Of a DNA stretch of 64,000 nt, positions 40,401-54,332 are shown piece by piece. The notes beneath the pieces are model-generated. The model saw nothing but the letters and a program-made list of their open reading frames with translations, ran no database searches and was not told the DNA's origin. Made by a program: the position numbers and the translations under genes. The first letter of the stretch is position 1; each line of letters opens with the position of its first letter. Source of the DNA: Antedon mediterranea (Eukaryota > Animalia > Echinodermata); the NCBI RefSeq assembly GCF_964355755.1, contig NC_092680.1:6882001-6946000 (forward strand), given 5' to 3'.

Positions 40401-41830
40401 ACTTGATAAGACGTTGCCTATAATCATTGAGACTAAAACATTTTCACTTGTATTGAGTCTACACATCATGCCATATATCGATTTTCTTAACAATTCATAA
40501 AAAGAAGGAATTCTACATTATCCTGTTCCATTTCAACAGAAGCATTTTTGTGAAAATTGTTGTGCATGACATGAAGGCAAATAAATGTACCTTAGTGTAC
40601 CTGAAGCTATAGAATGCGCTATCTACAGTCTGGTCTGCTCCGCAGCAAAAATCATAGAACCATCTTTTCGCCTTCAACATTTGAGGTAGAATAGTGAATT
40701 GTCAATCTTTTAAACCCATTCAACACATTGTGTAGACCTATACTGTTTTTATCTTATGACACTGTATCTTTGACAAAAATTGGAAGAGGTGTTGAGGCAA
40801 ATTCTATGATACACTGTCACATGTAACCTGTATTATGTCATGGTTTAGGCTTATGACCTATGATACAGTTGTCACACATGAAAGACATGTTATTTTGTAT
40901 ATAATTTGCCAATGCACAAACTATAGATACAGTAGTCTGATATTAAATTCATGAATTACCTTTCCATCTAATTGATGTAAAAAATGTCTTACTCGGCTGT
41001 ATATATACAAATGTATATAGATCTATGATTTAAATTATTACTAATGCATGATACCACATTGATTTACAGGTATTGACATTATGTTTTGCATTAATGATAA
41101 ATTTTGATTGAACGGTTTTTTTTTACACTGTCCATAAATTTGACATTGGCCAAATGAATTAAATTAATCTATCTCTAAAGTAGCAGACTTATGGCTGTGA
41201 AATATTCCAATTTTAATGTGTCTATATCAATTATAAACAGAAAATTTTAAAACTTACTAAATATGCAATATTTTATCTACAAATTAGCTTTGTATTTAAT
41301 ATATTATTCCGTCTAAATCCACTTGTATTAAATGCTTTTCATACTTGATCTGTCTATCATTTTTTGACATAATAACGTCTTCTGGCAAATTGGCAAGTAG
41401 TATAATGTAATCTACGGTGCTGTGGTTCGCTTATATGCAGCCGCATGCATATGAATTTGACAATCGGCTCCTGCAATAGTCTAGTTAAATCAAAACTAAT
41501 TTATTTGAACCAAGCAGTAACATATTGGTATGCCGTTTGTAATATTTTTCAAGTTTAAACATTAAGTATATTTACACCAAGAACATTCCTTTCTCATAAA
41601 ATTAAACAAATTGATCTGCTGTGTTTGAAGAGGAATAATTTTGAAGGATATTTTTATCGCATTTGGTGAATGGAGAGAAATCTGGGTTGTTGTTTTTCCT
41701 GATTTCTCTTTGGTTAAGGTATATTATTATTTTTATATCATTTTATAATCATAATTGATTTTAATGTGTGTATTTATACTACTGTTGGAACATATTGATT
41801 TAATTTCAATTTTTATCTTAGTTGTTGCAT

Positions 41831-41854
41831 CAGGGAAGAGTTAACTCTTCCCTG
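41831..41854. mobile_element. Putative P-element excision footprint
   Basis: GTTGCAT-[CAGGGAAGAGTT-AACTCTTCCCTG]-GTTGCAT; perfect palindrome and perfect 7-bp duplication. Confidence 0.7.
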
Positions 41855-43031
41855 GTTGCATTAACATGTTGTCCAGCCTCTGTTGTGTACAGTTAACTTG
41901 AAAGTCATTAGATTAGATTAAATTTTAAATTCCTATATTACTGTACATTGAAATTCCTCATCAAACTATTTCCAACTTTAAGCATTGGTGGCGCTATTCA
42001 TTATTTTCTTATAATCAGAAAACCAGTCATTGAACATATGATTCACCATAAAGAATATTTAATATTATATTTTATTTATTGTTTTAAATTAGAACATGAT
42101 GAGGGAGTGGTCCCTAAATAAGGAATCGTCATTAAAACTAGGGAATTAATTCTTTATCTGAAATTTTTTTAATCAAACAAAAAATTGGTTGGTAATGTTG
42201 TATCATTCATTCATTAATGGAAAATTAATTCTATTTATTGTCATTTGCATATAAAATTTCCATAGAAAAAATTTAAAATTATATTTGTTCTGAGATATAC
42301 AAAAACAGATAAATAAAAAACAATTACAAAGTGTCACACACTTTCGTACGGTATACTGACAAGCATTCGGTGTCTAAAAAGCAAAATAAATGCTGTTACG
42401 AAACCTATTTGTTTGTACGAGAGATGATGGACTGGTGACGTCTGCCGACGTAACACCTCAAATACATTATACATAGGATGATGTATCCAGTACAAATAAA
42501 AAAAATGTTCTTTTAATTTAAATATACATTTTATTTTCTGTATAATGTTGTCTGTTATTACAACATTATTGTACTTATACTTTTATTATTTTTTTATTCA
42601 CTACAATAAATATTGTTTTGAGAAACATTAATATCCACAGCAGCTGTACTTACAATTTCAATTTCTAAATGTTTTTCCAGAAATCATAAGAATGATTATT
42701 TTTCCTGTTGTAAACATACAGATTAAACAGTAGGTACTAGTGTTTTTTGGGGGTTTTTTTTAGATGAAAATTATCTCTTATACAAATGTTGTGTTACATT
42801 TGCACAATTTCAATCTATCTACAAATGTTATTTTGAATCTTGTTAATTCTTATTTAAATGTGTACTTTTTAAGTAATATTTTTATCATTCTGTGGTATAA
42901 TAAATGTAGGATGTGAGCCCTCTATCATCATCTATCAAGATAGAATAAGCGATTGTCTGTCTTTCTCTATATAAAACATTCAAGAAGCTCCTTTGACATT
43001 TTAAATTTCAATGTCTTTCTATGTCCAGTAA

Positions 43032-43194
43032 AGCTCTGTTTGTACTATCAAACTTTATGTGACAAAAATGTGAAGTTCCCATATATGGACTCATATCACT
43101 ACCAATAATAATAATAATAATATTTGGGCATATCACTATATTTAGGCGCATCACACTTGTTTTGTCAAACTAGTTTGATAGTGTAGACATAGCT
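43032..43194. mobile_element. MITE family A copy
   Basis: agctctgtttgtactatcaaact ... agtttgatagtgtagacatagct; flanks TAA/TAT. Confidence 0.82.
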
Positions 43195-44030
43195 TATTGA
43201 TTGTAAAGAACTTGCTGAATCATACCTTAAAGAACACTTATAGTTAGAAACATGTATAAACAATGTTATTTATATTTTATTTATTATTTATTTATTTTGT
43301 TTTTATAATAAAATACAATATTTTTTGTTTATTTCTTTATTTATTTATGTTTCAGACTAAAATGATTTATTTTATGCAAACAAAAAAATTGTTTTTGTTA
43401 GCCCCTATTTTTTTAAATCTTCTATCTTTTCATGTTATATTCTTTGGATCAGTAATTCTCATATTATGCTTTTCTTATTTCGCCATATATTAAAACTTAA
43501 TAACGATTACATTGAACTATAAATAAGGCTCTTTATACTAATTGACACCAATGAAAAATCCTTGGCATGTATTTAATACGTTTATTCTTTATAGGAAATT
43601 TAACTTGATTCACAAGATTCATCTAATATCCATTATGTTTAATAGGTCAGGTTATACATGGTTAGATTTATTATTTTTGAACAAAAAAGCATATCATTTT
43701 AGATCTTTTTAATGTCGTTCATTATGTTCAATTTTCTTATAAAAATAGATATTTTGATAGTGATATTACTTTAGTACTCCACTAAATAATTCCAGATAAA
43801 ATAAAACACATAAAAATATTGAAAATTTAGCTGATATGTTGTACTACTGTATATAATATGTCCGATATCATGAACAATTGTGTATACAGTGTCACACAGG
43901 TAACACCTGTTATCATAGGCTACAGTACTAACCTAGCCCTAACCCTAAATTGACATAACACCGGCGCAACGTGCAATACATTTGTGACCACTTTTTAAAT
44001 AATTTTTAAGAATATATTTTTCAGCATGGG

Positions 44031-44225
44031 TTACGTTTGCCTCCTTCCACCCAGGAGTATAAATGGGTACCCGGTTAGATCAAGACACAACTTTGCACTG
44101 ATTACTAGCTGCATTATGGGAGTATGTTTCCATACGTGTTTGATAATAAAAAAAATGATTGGTAACAGCGCTTAGAGGTTTTACAACATTAGGCACTATA
44201 TAAATCCAGGATATTATTAATATTA
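44031..44225 (+). mobile_element. 5'-truncated copy of the CORE-like SINE at 35968
   Basis: ccacccaggagtataaatgggtacccggttagatcaagacacaac...cagcgcttagagg...ataaatccaggatattatta. Confidence 0.82.
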
Positions 44226-47200
44226 TCTAATTTTATATATTAATAATAAATATATATACCAAAAATCATGAAAATGTTTGAATTTTGTAATTGTAAATGT
44301 AAATACTGCATAGAAATAGATTAGTCAATCAAAAAGTCTGGACCCTTGATATTATTATGTGTTCTTTCTCAGGGCCGTAGCCACCAGTACGGTTCGTAAG
44401 GCTTCAATCTGACCACTTTTTCACAGAGGCCTTTGACAACTCAGTGGCATGAAGAGAGATTGTTCCATTTTCTTGCAAAACTGTGCCACTTCTTGTGGCT
44501 ACATCACCATTTCTCTTGAAGTTACCATCTCTTTCTCTTCTTTATAGTTAATAACTGAGTTAAGATTATGTATTATGATTCAAGATTGTAAATACCTCAA
44601 AATCTATTAATAATAGATATTTTGTAAATAATACTTATATACTGTTGCAGGTTGCTCTTTCCTCCGTTTTATTAAATTTTATTTTTACAGTACTTAAGAA
44701 TGCTATTATATTTAAGTTAGGATTACTATTTTCTAATCAATAACAGTTTTTATTGATAATTTCTTGAAAGTTTATCTCTGTTTATCTACTCTACTTTTAA
44801 TAAAGAACCAATCAATTTTATATCTATTTCACATATCAGTTGATGGTTTTTTGTACATCTAAACTATTTGTTGTTTTTATTTTATAAATAGCAATTATTC
44901 TAGATTAATTTTTCATTAATTTTTCTTTCAATTCATAAAGTACAGAACGACCTTTTAGTTGTTTTTTTAATCTCACAGTCATGGGTATTTGATTTTAGTA
45001 TTCAATATGACTGTTGAAAACAAAATAATAAAAACATAATTATGAAGCTACAACGGTTTACAAAACTTGAACTCGCTATCAACAACAGATCTATTCTGTT
45101 GGAATAACTCCCAGGGTAAAACTAAAAGAACATTTATTTAAAGATTAATACAAATATTGAATTCTCTACCAAATCACATTTATTTTATTTTCTTGAATTT
45201 ATTTCAAACTAAAATCTTAGGCGTATATTTCTTTATTTTAAACACAAACACATTTTTCAGAGAGAAATAAAATAGAAAGTAAATAGAAATAGAATATTTT
45301 TCATGTAAATTATTGCATAAAGTCTTATTTTTCGTGTGGAATATGTAATAATTATGATTAGTGTGGAATTGTAGGCTTCCCACAATTGAATCTATCCATA
45401 CAAATAATTGTTCAAATTTGCATACATTTTTTAAACCGTAATATCCGCCATTGTAATGTATTTTTATTTTATAATTGAGATTATAAAGTCATTAGCACTG
45501 GGATTTTACAGTGATACGATTATTCACTCTAATTCTAAGTTATTAAGAGATCAGTTTTTTCAACATCATTTATGTGTGTGCCTACCACCACTTAAGTGTG
45601 TAGCAATTTAAGTTAGATATAGTAAACAAGAAATAAGTACAGCTAATGGTAATGTGTTGTGAAGTACCATCTGTGTTCTAATAGGATTGTTTTTGTTTTA
45701 CCGGTTATAGTACAGTGAATTATCATGTAGTGAGTTGAGTGATACATTCAGGTCGAACAGCATACTCATTTTTGTGGATTTAACATGTTAGACATAGTAC
45801 ACAGAAATTTAATTCCTACTCTACAGCATGATGCATTGAACTGAGAATAATACCTTTGTATGTTGGGTGTATACAACTTTAACTTAAAGAAGGTCACACA
45901 TAGACAGTAATACTGTATCACTGATATTTAGCTGACCGGATCAATCTTAATTCATTGCTAGCCCAACTGAGCATATCATAATTCTTTATGGCTCACTGCA
46001 TCTTTCCCTACCAGGCAGATTTTTTAAAAACTTCACAATGATGAATATTCATTAGGCAGCAGGGTGTGTAGCTGCTAACACCAACAGTGAAGCTGTGGAT
46101 GACTTCCTGATTTGTGAGTGGTATACAAGCACAGTTCCGGGATCTTATTATCTACTCAATCTAGGCCATACACACTCGGTTACAATCCTCCAGGAAGTGT
46201 GGCTGTGTAGAATAATACCGTGCATTTACACTGTAACGTCTCTTTGGAAGTTTTTAGGGGAGTGAGAGAACTAACTCTGTGATTATAATTTCTGTCTCAC
46301 TATGGGAGATGTAAATTGCAATGAAGATAACTCATCAGAGTCTGACAGTACCTGTGGTAGGCCTTATCTATTTTGTTTTCTTTTGTTTGAATAATAATAG
46401 TAACTGTTTATGTAATAGTTGTCAAGTTATCTATTCTATTATTTAATAATCTTAGCTGTAGATTGTATTGTCAACAGTGAGATATGAATTATTCATTTCA
46501 TTAGTCAACTCTCTTTAATATTTCTAAATTTATAAGTTTGTTTTTACTAATTTTGAATACATTCAACGAAAAAGCAGACATATTGGGGCTGCAGAGGGGT
46601 GTACACTTTAGATAAGATAATTCGTAAACCTGTATTATAAGAAAATATTACACATTCTTTAAGATGATGCAATGGAAGTAAGTAACACAAAGAAGCATTT
46701 TTAACAAACAATATGGCAGTCATTGACAGTAGCCACAAAAAAAACCTGTGGTTTACAAAAGCTTTGAAATTAATTTATATATCGTATCAATATTTAACTG
46801 ATATTTCAAAGTTTATAATTCATCTTGTGTATTCAAACATTTAGGATTTGGCCTTGGATATGAATAGATTCTTAGCATTCATATCTCCCACAGCCCATGT
46901 GTGAAAACTGTATGATTTTAAGGGTATGTTTACACCTATGAAGTTATGGTTACGTATCGTAAACATCTTGATTAGCATCATAACAACAAAGCGTTCAGAC
47001 TCGATAGTAGCGATTAACAAATGTTTCGAGTACAAAAATGGAAGGGAAATCATCTGCTGGGTAGCCATGTGCATGGTGGATGTGTTGTATTCTTTTTCTC
47101 CTCTCAGCAATTTGGTTTGTTAGTCCACCGGTCAAACCCTTGGATGCACAATAGTACTTTACGTTTACAATATAACTGACCCTAAATAATAATGTCCATG

Positions 47201-48438
47201 TTTCTATATTAGCGATAATTAAGCAGAGAATCAGTATTCTGTGTGGGAATTTTGGTTGGCCGAGTGTATCGCTACCATCAATAATGTAGGCCTACTTCAA
47301 GTTCAAAATATATTTCAATAACTTGTTAGAGTAAGCTGTAGGTAGTATATACACGTACTTATACAAATATATTTCTTGTAGGTTTTATTTTAAGTTACTT
47401 AGTTAAGAATCAGTAGTTCTCTAAGTTTTAAGGACTGGTTTGGACCACTGTTTAATGTTTTGAATTAAAAAAAAAACAATAATAATTGTCCACAAAAATG
47501 TTCACTAAAGTAAAAACTTTATCTACACACTTGATCTTAAAAATTGAGCATATATTTAATTGTTTGTCTATAAGTCTATAAATGTTTATATATTTTAAGA
47601 ATTAATTCATGACAATGTTTTGCACTATTTTTAGACTTTTAATTATAATTATGGCAATTACAATTTTACAGCAGATAGTAGAGTTGTTATGACTACTTGG
47701 ATTATAATTTAAACTGATGATTTGAAGAACAAAGATCTATAAAACTTGACCTCTGTCAAGGTCATGGTAATGAGGAAGTGCCCTCCATTTCTATGGCAAC
47801 GACATATTTAGAGGTAATATCATACAGTACATTAAGTCTAACTCAACATCAGGAAAAGTACTCATTTTCACACTAAAGCAATAGAGGTTGCAGTAAACAT
47901 ATTCTTGTAGATGTTTTGTTGGAATATATTTTCCCATACTTCAACCCTGGAATATTTCAAAAATAACCATAAGTTGCTTGACTTCAGACTTCTGTGATTG
48001 GTCAGTTTAATACCAGCCAGTGTATTTATGGATGTGCAGCATTTCTTTTTTAATACTGGTATAATTTTTTCCTCCTTGGTCCTGTGTTGTAGTGTCTAAA
48101 AACTTTACTTTACTCAACAATTTGCTAGGTTCTCAACTTGATATATTATTTACGTTTCATGCAATGTTGACAAATATTAGATATCTAGCACTGATAACCC
48201 TGATCAAGACGCTCGGACTGTTGATTTCATCGTAATTTTCTAATAAATTTAGGCATAGTTTGTATAGTACTTATTTTTGTAGAGTTATCTTGATTTCCAT
48301 AATTTCAAAGTGGTTGATCTTCTTGTTATATCAATATTCCCACATGCCTTTTTCAACCTGAACTAATTTCAATCACTTTCACACACAGATTTTGATGAAC
48401 TATGTCGATATGAAAGATACAACCTTGTCATAACTTAA

Positions 48439-48987
48439 AGATATATTGTCCCTTTGTCAAATTCCAAAAAAATAAAAATAAAAAGATTTCGAAAAAAAGT
48501 GGGTCATTTTGAAGTATCATAATAGTTATTAACTTTCACCAAAAATGAGTCGAGAAAAAAATATAATATAACTGAAATACAGACGTTTTTTGGTTCAAAA
48601 AATAACTTTGACTTCCAGTCAAAGTTTTCAATCAAAACATATCTCATAACGCAATGTGCTTATTTGGCTACTCTGTATGCATAATCATAAAACTTCCTAG
48701 CGATCTGTGAGAAAACACCCTCTCAACAGTGACGAGTGGTAAACAATCCTAATTAGCATCATGCATAATGTATACTCATGGTTTGAAATCTTTGTTTACT
48801 TTCGCTCGCGACTATTTTCCAGACGAAATGTAATCAAAATAATTTAGCTGTTAATTACGTAAAATTGTTGTTTTTGGCTCAAATTTTCGACTTAAAGTGA
48901 ATAACTTTAATATTACTTTGATATGGCCAATTAAAATTTAGTATATTTTGACCTTCATTTTTTTGTGTTTCAAGGGACAATACATCT
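48439..48987. mobile_element. Kolobok-type non-autonomous element
   Basis: TTAA TSD on both sides; TIR AGAT(A/G)TATTGTCCCTT. Confidence 0.85.
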
Positions 48988-49305
48988 TTAAATAAATATA
49001 CTATATAAGATTTAATTGGAAACAAAATACTCTTAAATTAATTTTTGTTGTATTTCATAATAGGTAATTAGGATAATTTCTTAATTCAATTTAGCTTGTT
49101 GATTTAACAATGTCAATTTTTTATTCTAAAGAGCAATTATTATTGACATTGTAGTAAAATTAATATATACACACATTAAATTTGCATTTTTGTGTTTGTC
49201 TGTAAACATCCTACAAAACTAAATCTGTTTTTCTACACAATAAAACTACCATTAAATCATGAATAATTGCCGATTAGTCCTGGATATCATTGACATCCTG
49301 AGTTG

Positions 49306-49464
49306 AGCTCTATCTACACTATCAAACCAGTTTGACAAAAAGTGTGATGTGGCCAAATATGGTAGTGATATGCTCAAATATGGTAGTGATATCACATCAT
49401 CGTGTCCATATATGGGCACATCACATTTTCTTGTCACATAAAGTTTGATAGTGTAGATAGAACT
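49306..49464. mobile_element. MITE family A copy (opposite orientation to 21557)
   Basis: agctctatctacactatcaaac ... gtttgatagtgtagatagaact; right flank TAA. Confidence 0.85.
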
Positions 49465-50182
49465 TAATAACTCAGGATGAAGCGCTATATTGGGAATATC
49501 ATATCTTGATTAATAATAAAGATAAAGATATCACTATAATATTTCTATGCATAAGTATAGCAGCATAAATAAATTATGATTTGTTTTGGATCTTTTGCAT
49601 ATAGGAATTAATTTAATTAATCAAATTAATATTTAAATTAATATCCATTTAACTTTAGTGAAGACATCCATCATATAAATGGAAGAATTATTTACAATAA
49701 AAAAAACTTGCTTCGTTTTTTAGATTTTAAAGATGAGTATGGTAACATATTCTAGAATTCTTATTTTTAAGACTTCTTCATAATTATATTTGAATGCTTT
49801 TTTATCAATTGTAATTAATGGTAATTTGGTTAAAACAAATAATCAGTAGAATAGTAATGTGTAAAGCAATTAGAGTAAGGATATAAATCTAGACAGAACA
49901 GTTTACTATTTGTCAGATTAGGTAACAATTTAACCATCAATCGCTGTCATCAATTAAAGTGGATCACATGTTTAAAGTGTACTACTAAATACTAAATCAG
50001 TATTTTGATACTGCACACAGTCCCTTATATGTTTCTCAAAGTATATAGCGCTTTAAGAGCTTTTCATAGATTCATATAATAGTTTTTATTTTGTAAAGCT
50101 CAGTGGTATCTCCTCCACATGTCAATCTGCCACTGAATAGCATGACTGAGATAGACCAGTACACCTCAGTAACCCTCTCCTA

Positions 50183-51063
50183 GGCCCTGTTTCTGCTGCC
50201 AATCCCAAATATACCGTATAAATATACCGTATAAATATACCGTATATATACCGTATATGAAATTCGTGCACCGTTTCCGCTGCACATACTTCGTGGGTGG
50301 GCTGTAAAAAAAGTTGGCTTTCATATACCCAAAATGCATTTTGTGAGACGGAAGTATGGATTGACCTAGAGTCTCGTGTAGTGAGGTTACATGACAAAAA
50401 CAAAACAATTATGGTTTCTCAAAACGTCTTAGCATTGCTTTCTATTTTAAATCTAATGATCAGAAGTGGCAACGAATTTACATCGCACAAACAATCTAGA
50501 AATGTAGAATGGGCATTGACTACATTTATGCAAAGAAGACGACGGCGTTTGCCGATAACTTTGGCGTTATTAAGTCTACCACAAATTCTGCTTTTATTTT
50601 GTTTGAGATACTTTTGTAAATCTCGGTATCTCTTCTGTTGCCGCCATGTAGTCTCCCCCCAACCTTCGCTTCTCCCCACAATTGAATTGCAAAAATAGTT
50701 ATTTCTTCAGTCCACAGTGATATTTTGATCTGTTGCTTGCTTATTATACACGCGTGTGTCAATGCAGCAGAAAAACCCGAACAAATGCGTCACGCTCTGT
50801 TAGTTTTTGACCTCGTGTCATGGGCCGGGTCACATATACAGTACGGTATATTTTGAGTGCAGCAGAAACGGGGTACGAAATATACGGTATATTTTGGAAT
50901 ATACCGTATAATATCCACAAACGATGGGGATATTTATGCGGTATATATACCGCATATATATACGGTATATTTTTTATGAGACCCATTTCTGCTGCCAAAA
51001 AATATACCGTATATAAAATATACCGTATATATACGGTATATTTTTGGCAGCAGAAACGGGGCC
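50183..51063. mobile_element. PIF/Harbinger-type element with ATATACCGTATA subterminal arrays
   Basis: TIR GGCCC(T/C)GTTTCTGCTGCCAA; flanks CTA/TTA; many subterminal repeats and internal TIR-like copies. Confidence 0.88.
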
Positions 51064-52567
51064 TTAATGCATTGAGAAGATAAAAAAGCCCAGAACTTTG
51101 CTGATTTTCTTTATGGCTAAAGCCCCTCCCTACCTTTTACCTGCTTCTTGAATCAAGTCCTTGGTTTTTGTTCAGGTATAGGTAGGTAGACAGACTAACT
51201 TCATTAATTCTAACTTAGTTGTTTTTTTAGTACACAGATCATCTTTTGCTTAAATTGTGATAGCAAGAACATTTATAAAAAAAATTATTCGCGGCTATTA
51301 CTTAAAACCTGTCCTAGCCTGGCGTTATATCTCTAGACCACAACGTTTGCAATTGATAATTCTTGTGTCCGGAAATAAAGTAGAAAGATATTTTTCCAAC
51401 TGTGCCAAATTCTTAAGAATGTATTTATTCAATTCTTGTTTGAGATTGACCACATCATCATTGATCTGTAGGTTGTAAGTATTCACAAATGTACTGAGTA
51501 TTTGGTAGACTAGTATGTACTTCATGATTGTATACAAATTACAAGTGTTCTTTCATCATAATTTGATCAAGTAATGCTAGCTTTACAAATGAAAATGATT
51601 CTTGTCATCAGTAATTGGAATATGAATTGATATCCATTCACTTTTTTTCCTTTACCACATTTTCAAATTTCTTCTAAGATAATTACAATATTCATATCAA
51701 TTTTGTTCTGACAGATACAGATAGAAGATATATTCGTAATACAGTTTTTAAATATTTAATGTTAAAATATGAAATTGCCAATATTGACTATATATAGCCT
51801 TTACTGAAATAAGCAGACCCATGAAAGAATAAATTGTCTCGTTATACATTTTATTACTTAAAATTATAAGCTGGCAACATACTGTAATATAATAATGTAT
51901 AATTTAGTGTTTTTGTTTTTTTTCTAGCACTGTAGCAAGGAATACAGTAAATTAAAAGATATCACCCAGGTCACTTTCAAGGTCAACTGTTTTTTTATTC
52001 ATATTTTTTTGAAAATAAAAAAAAAGAGTAAACATTTCAGTTGAAAGAAACAAAAACCTATCGATGAATGCCTATCATCTAAAATTGTAATTTCTGTAAA
52101 AACTCTAGTATCGCATATCTAATGCATCACGCAATTGTTCAATTTCGATAAAATATTGAGGAAAAAATGATAATTTTATTACTATACAAATGATTATGCA
52201 AATTGTGCTATAGTATATCAAAGGTTGAAATGGCATAGCTGATCATGTTCTACATTATAGCAAATAGAAATGCATTTACTGACTAATTCAAGAATTAGCA
52301 TGTCTCAATAATGTTTGTGAAAGTCCTATGAAATAGGTGTCAAAGGTCAAAATGACATGTCAATTGGACCTCGCTCGTTGTATGATAGAATGTGAGTATT
52401 GAGCAAACAAGAGAAAAATAGACATTATTTTGTCATAAATATTAATAATAACTGGTAAATATTTTTTTGGTTCTAAAAAAATGTTCACTTTATAATACTA
52501 GGATACCTGTAATATAAAATATGACCTCCATCTCGTCAGTGAACCTCCCACAACACGCTAAGTCTAA

Positions 52568-53840
52568 GGGCCTGTTTCTGCTGCATAAAAATAACTGGTT
52601 AAAATCGGTATGAATCAATTAATTTTCTTGGGAGCAGAAACAGGACAAATTTGTGGTAACGGGTTAAAAGGCAGCGCAAATTAACCGGTTAAAAACACAA
52701 ATTCAATTCGGTGTTAAAACGCCATTTAACCGGTTATCGCTGGGCAACTTTTAGCTGCAACACAAAATATTATTTGATTATTTGCTTCTGACCCCGAGTC
52801 AACTACACAACAGTAACGTTTGAAAAAACCGCCAGGAACAATTACATTTTGGGTAATTCTAACGATTTTTGTCAACGACCACCCATTGATTTAACCGGTT
52901 ATTTCGGAGTACAAATTGATATTTTAAATCCATTTTAAAATAAACGGTTACCGTATTTTCCGAAGTATAGGTCGAGACTTTGTGGGAAAATTTTAATTGT
53001 CGACTTATACTCCGACCATGCGATTTTTAAAAAAAAATCAGGCCGAAAAAATATGTTCAAAAGCCGTCAGCTGTCCAGGCCCAGCAAGGTCAGTGGCCTA
53101 TCATCAATCACTCACAGAAGTTTTCAATTTAATACCTACATTGTACAAAATAATACAACTCCAACAAATACTGGTCAATAAAATATTAATATATCACAAT
53201 GACTCATTTTGATGTTATTATTACGCTTTTAAGATAATTAAGAATAAATAGTTTTCTTTATGCTTCTTATTCACTCTCGCGAAAACATCGTAACACACAC
53301 CACAGACGTCGGAATGTCCATGCAGCATGTTTGTTATTGCGCGATATTTTCATCTATACACATGCGCAGTTTGTTTGTTTGTTTGTAATTACAATTACTG
53401 CGCATGTCTTCTATTCATAGAATAAATTCTCCTTAGTCGGGCGCGTGTACATTTACAGATAACACGATTTACAACTACTCGCCTGTACAATTAATAAGCC
53501 TCCTAACGGAAAACTCGTTTTAATTTATTCGAGTGACGCGAAAAACATCGCTGATGGCAAGTAACGCTACATCGCTGTCATTTATTATAGGCTGGTGAAG
53601 ACGGCGACGAAGTCGTCGTCATTACGTCCGTCCGATATTGATTAGGCCTACACTTTAATAATATAAACAAACAACCACATTTCATACATTTCTAGCCCTC
53701 TTTGAACTTTAAAGTAAGTTGTGTTATTAGCCGATTTTGGGGGTCGACTTATATTCAAGTCATACCAAAATCAACGCTATTCTAGGCCAAAGTTGGGGGT
53801 CCGGAAAATACGGTAATTGTTATGCAGCAGAAACAGACCT
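52568..53840. mobile_element. Harbinger-type MITE (TIR ..CTGTTTCTGCTGCATA) hosting a nested insertion
   Basis: TAA TSD on both sides; AACCGGTT internal repeats; TIR core shared with the 50183 element. Confidence 0.85.
52951..53813. mobile_element. Tc1/mariner (pogo-type) MITE nested in the Harbinger MITE
   Basis: TA-CCGTATTTTCCG...CGGAAAATACGG-TA; subterminal gtcgacttata motifs. Confidence 0.82.
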
Positions 53841-54001
53841 TAAGATACTTTTTGATCTTACATTTTCCAATTATTCAAGGATGTAGCAAAATTCAAAATT
53901 GTACAGTAGTAGATAGAACATTTTGTTTAGTTCAGCACTTTAAGTTAAGTTAGATTACGTTACATTAAACACTTTAGATGCTAGCTTCTCAGCTGTTTTA
54001 A

Positions 54002-54332
54002 AGATGTATTGTCCCACAAAAACATGAAAAATGAAGATTAATTAAATCAGACTTTGAATATGTTATTTTGTAGTTTTAAGAAAGTTAATCACTTCCATAG
54101 AATAAAAAAATTAAAAAAAAATGTTTTCACTTACAAAATGACAAAATAAATGGTTAAATTCAACCAAAAACCCATTGGCTGGCAGCCAATTTGACCATTT
54201 TTTGCTTAAAATTACAGTTTTTTCTGGTAAATACATTTTTTTTCAAAGGGGATAACTATTATGTTACATTAAAATGGCATATTCAACAAAAATTTTGTTA
54301 AGAATTATTTTTTTCAGGGGGACAATACATCT
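54002..54332. mobile_element. Kolobok-type MITE
   Basis: TTAA TSD; perfect 14-bp TIR AGATGTATTGTCCC. Confidence 0.88.

Noticed and set aside
43930-43950. Telomeric (CCCTAA)n
   Set aside because: Only two or three degenerate units, which is too short to call.
45899-45925. CATAGACAGTAATACTGT as a fifth P-type footprint
   Set aside because: The right arm is incomplete and there is no full 7-bp duplication.
50122-51083. Cluster of overlapping ORFs as a real gene
   Set aside because: Largely produced by subterminal repeats and higher GC inside a TIR element; no complete domain.
51325-51537. 70-aa minus-strand ORF as an exon
   Set aside because: No recognisable homology or convincing splice boundaries.
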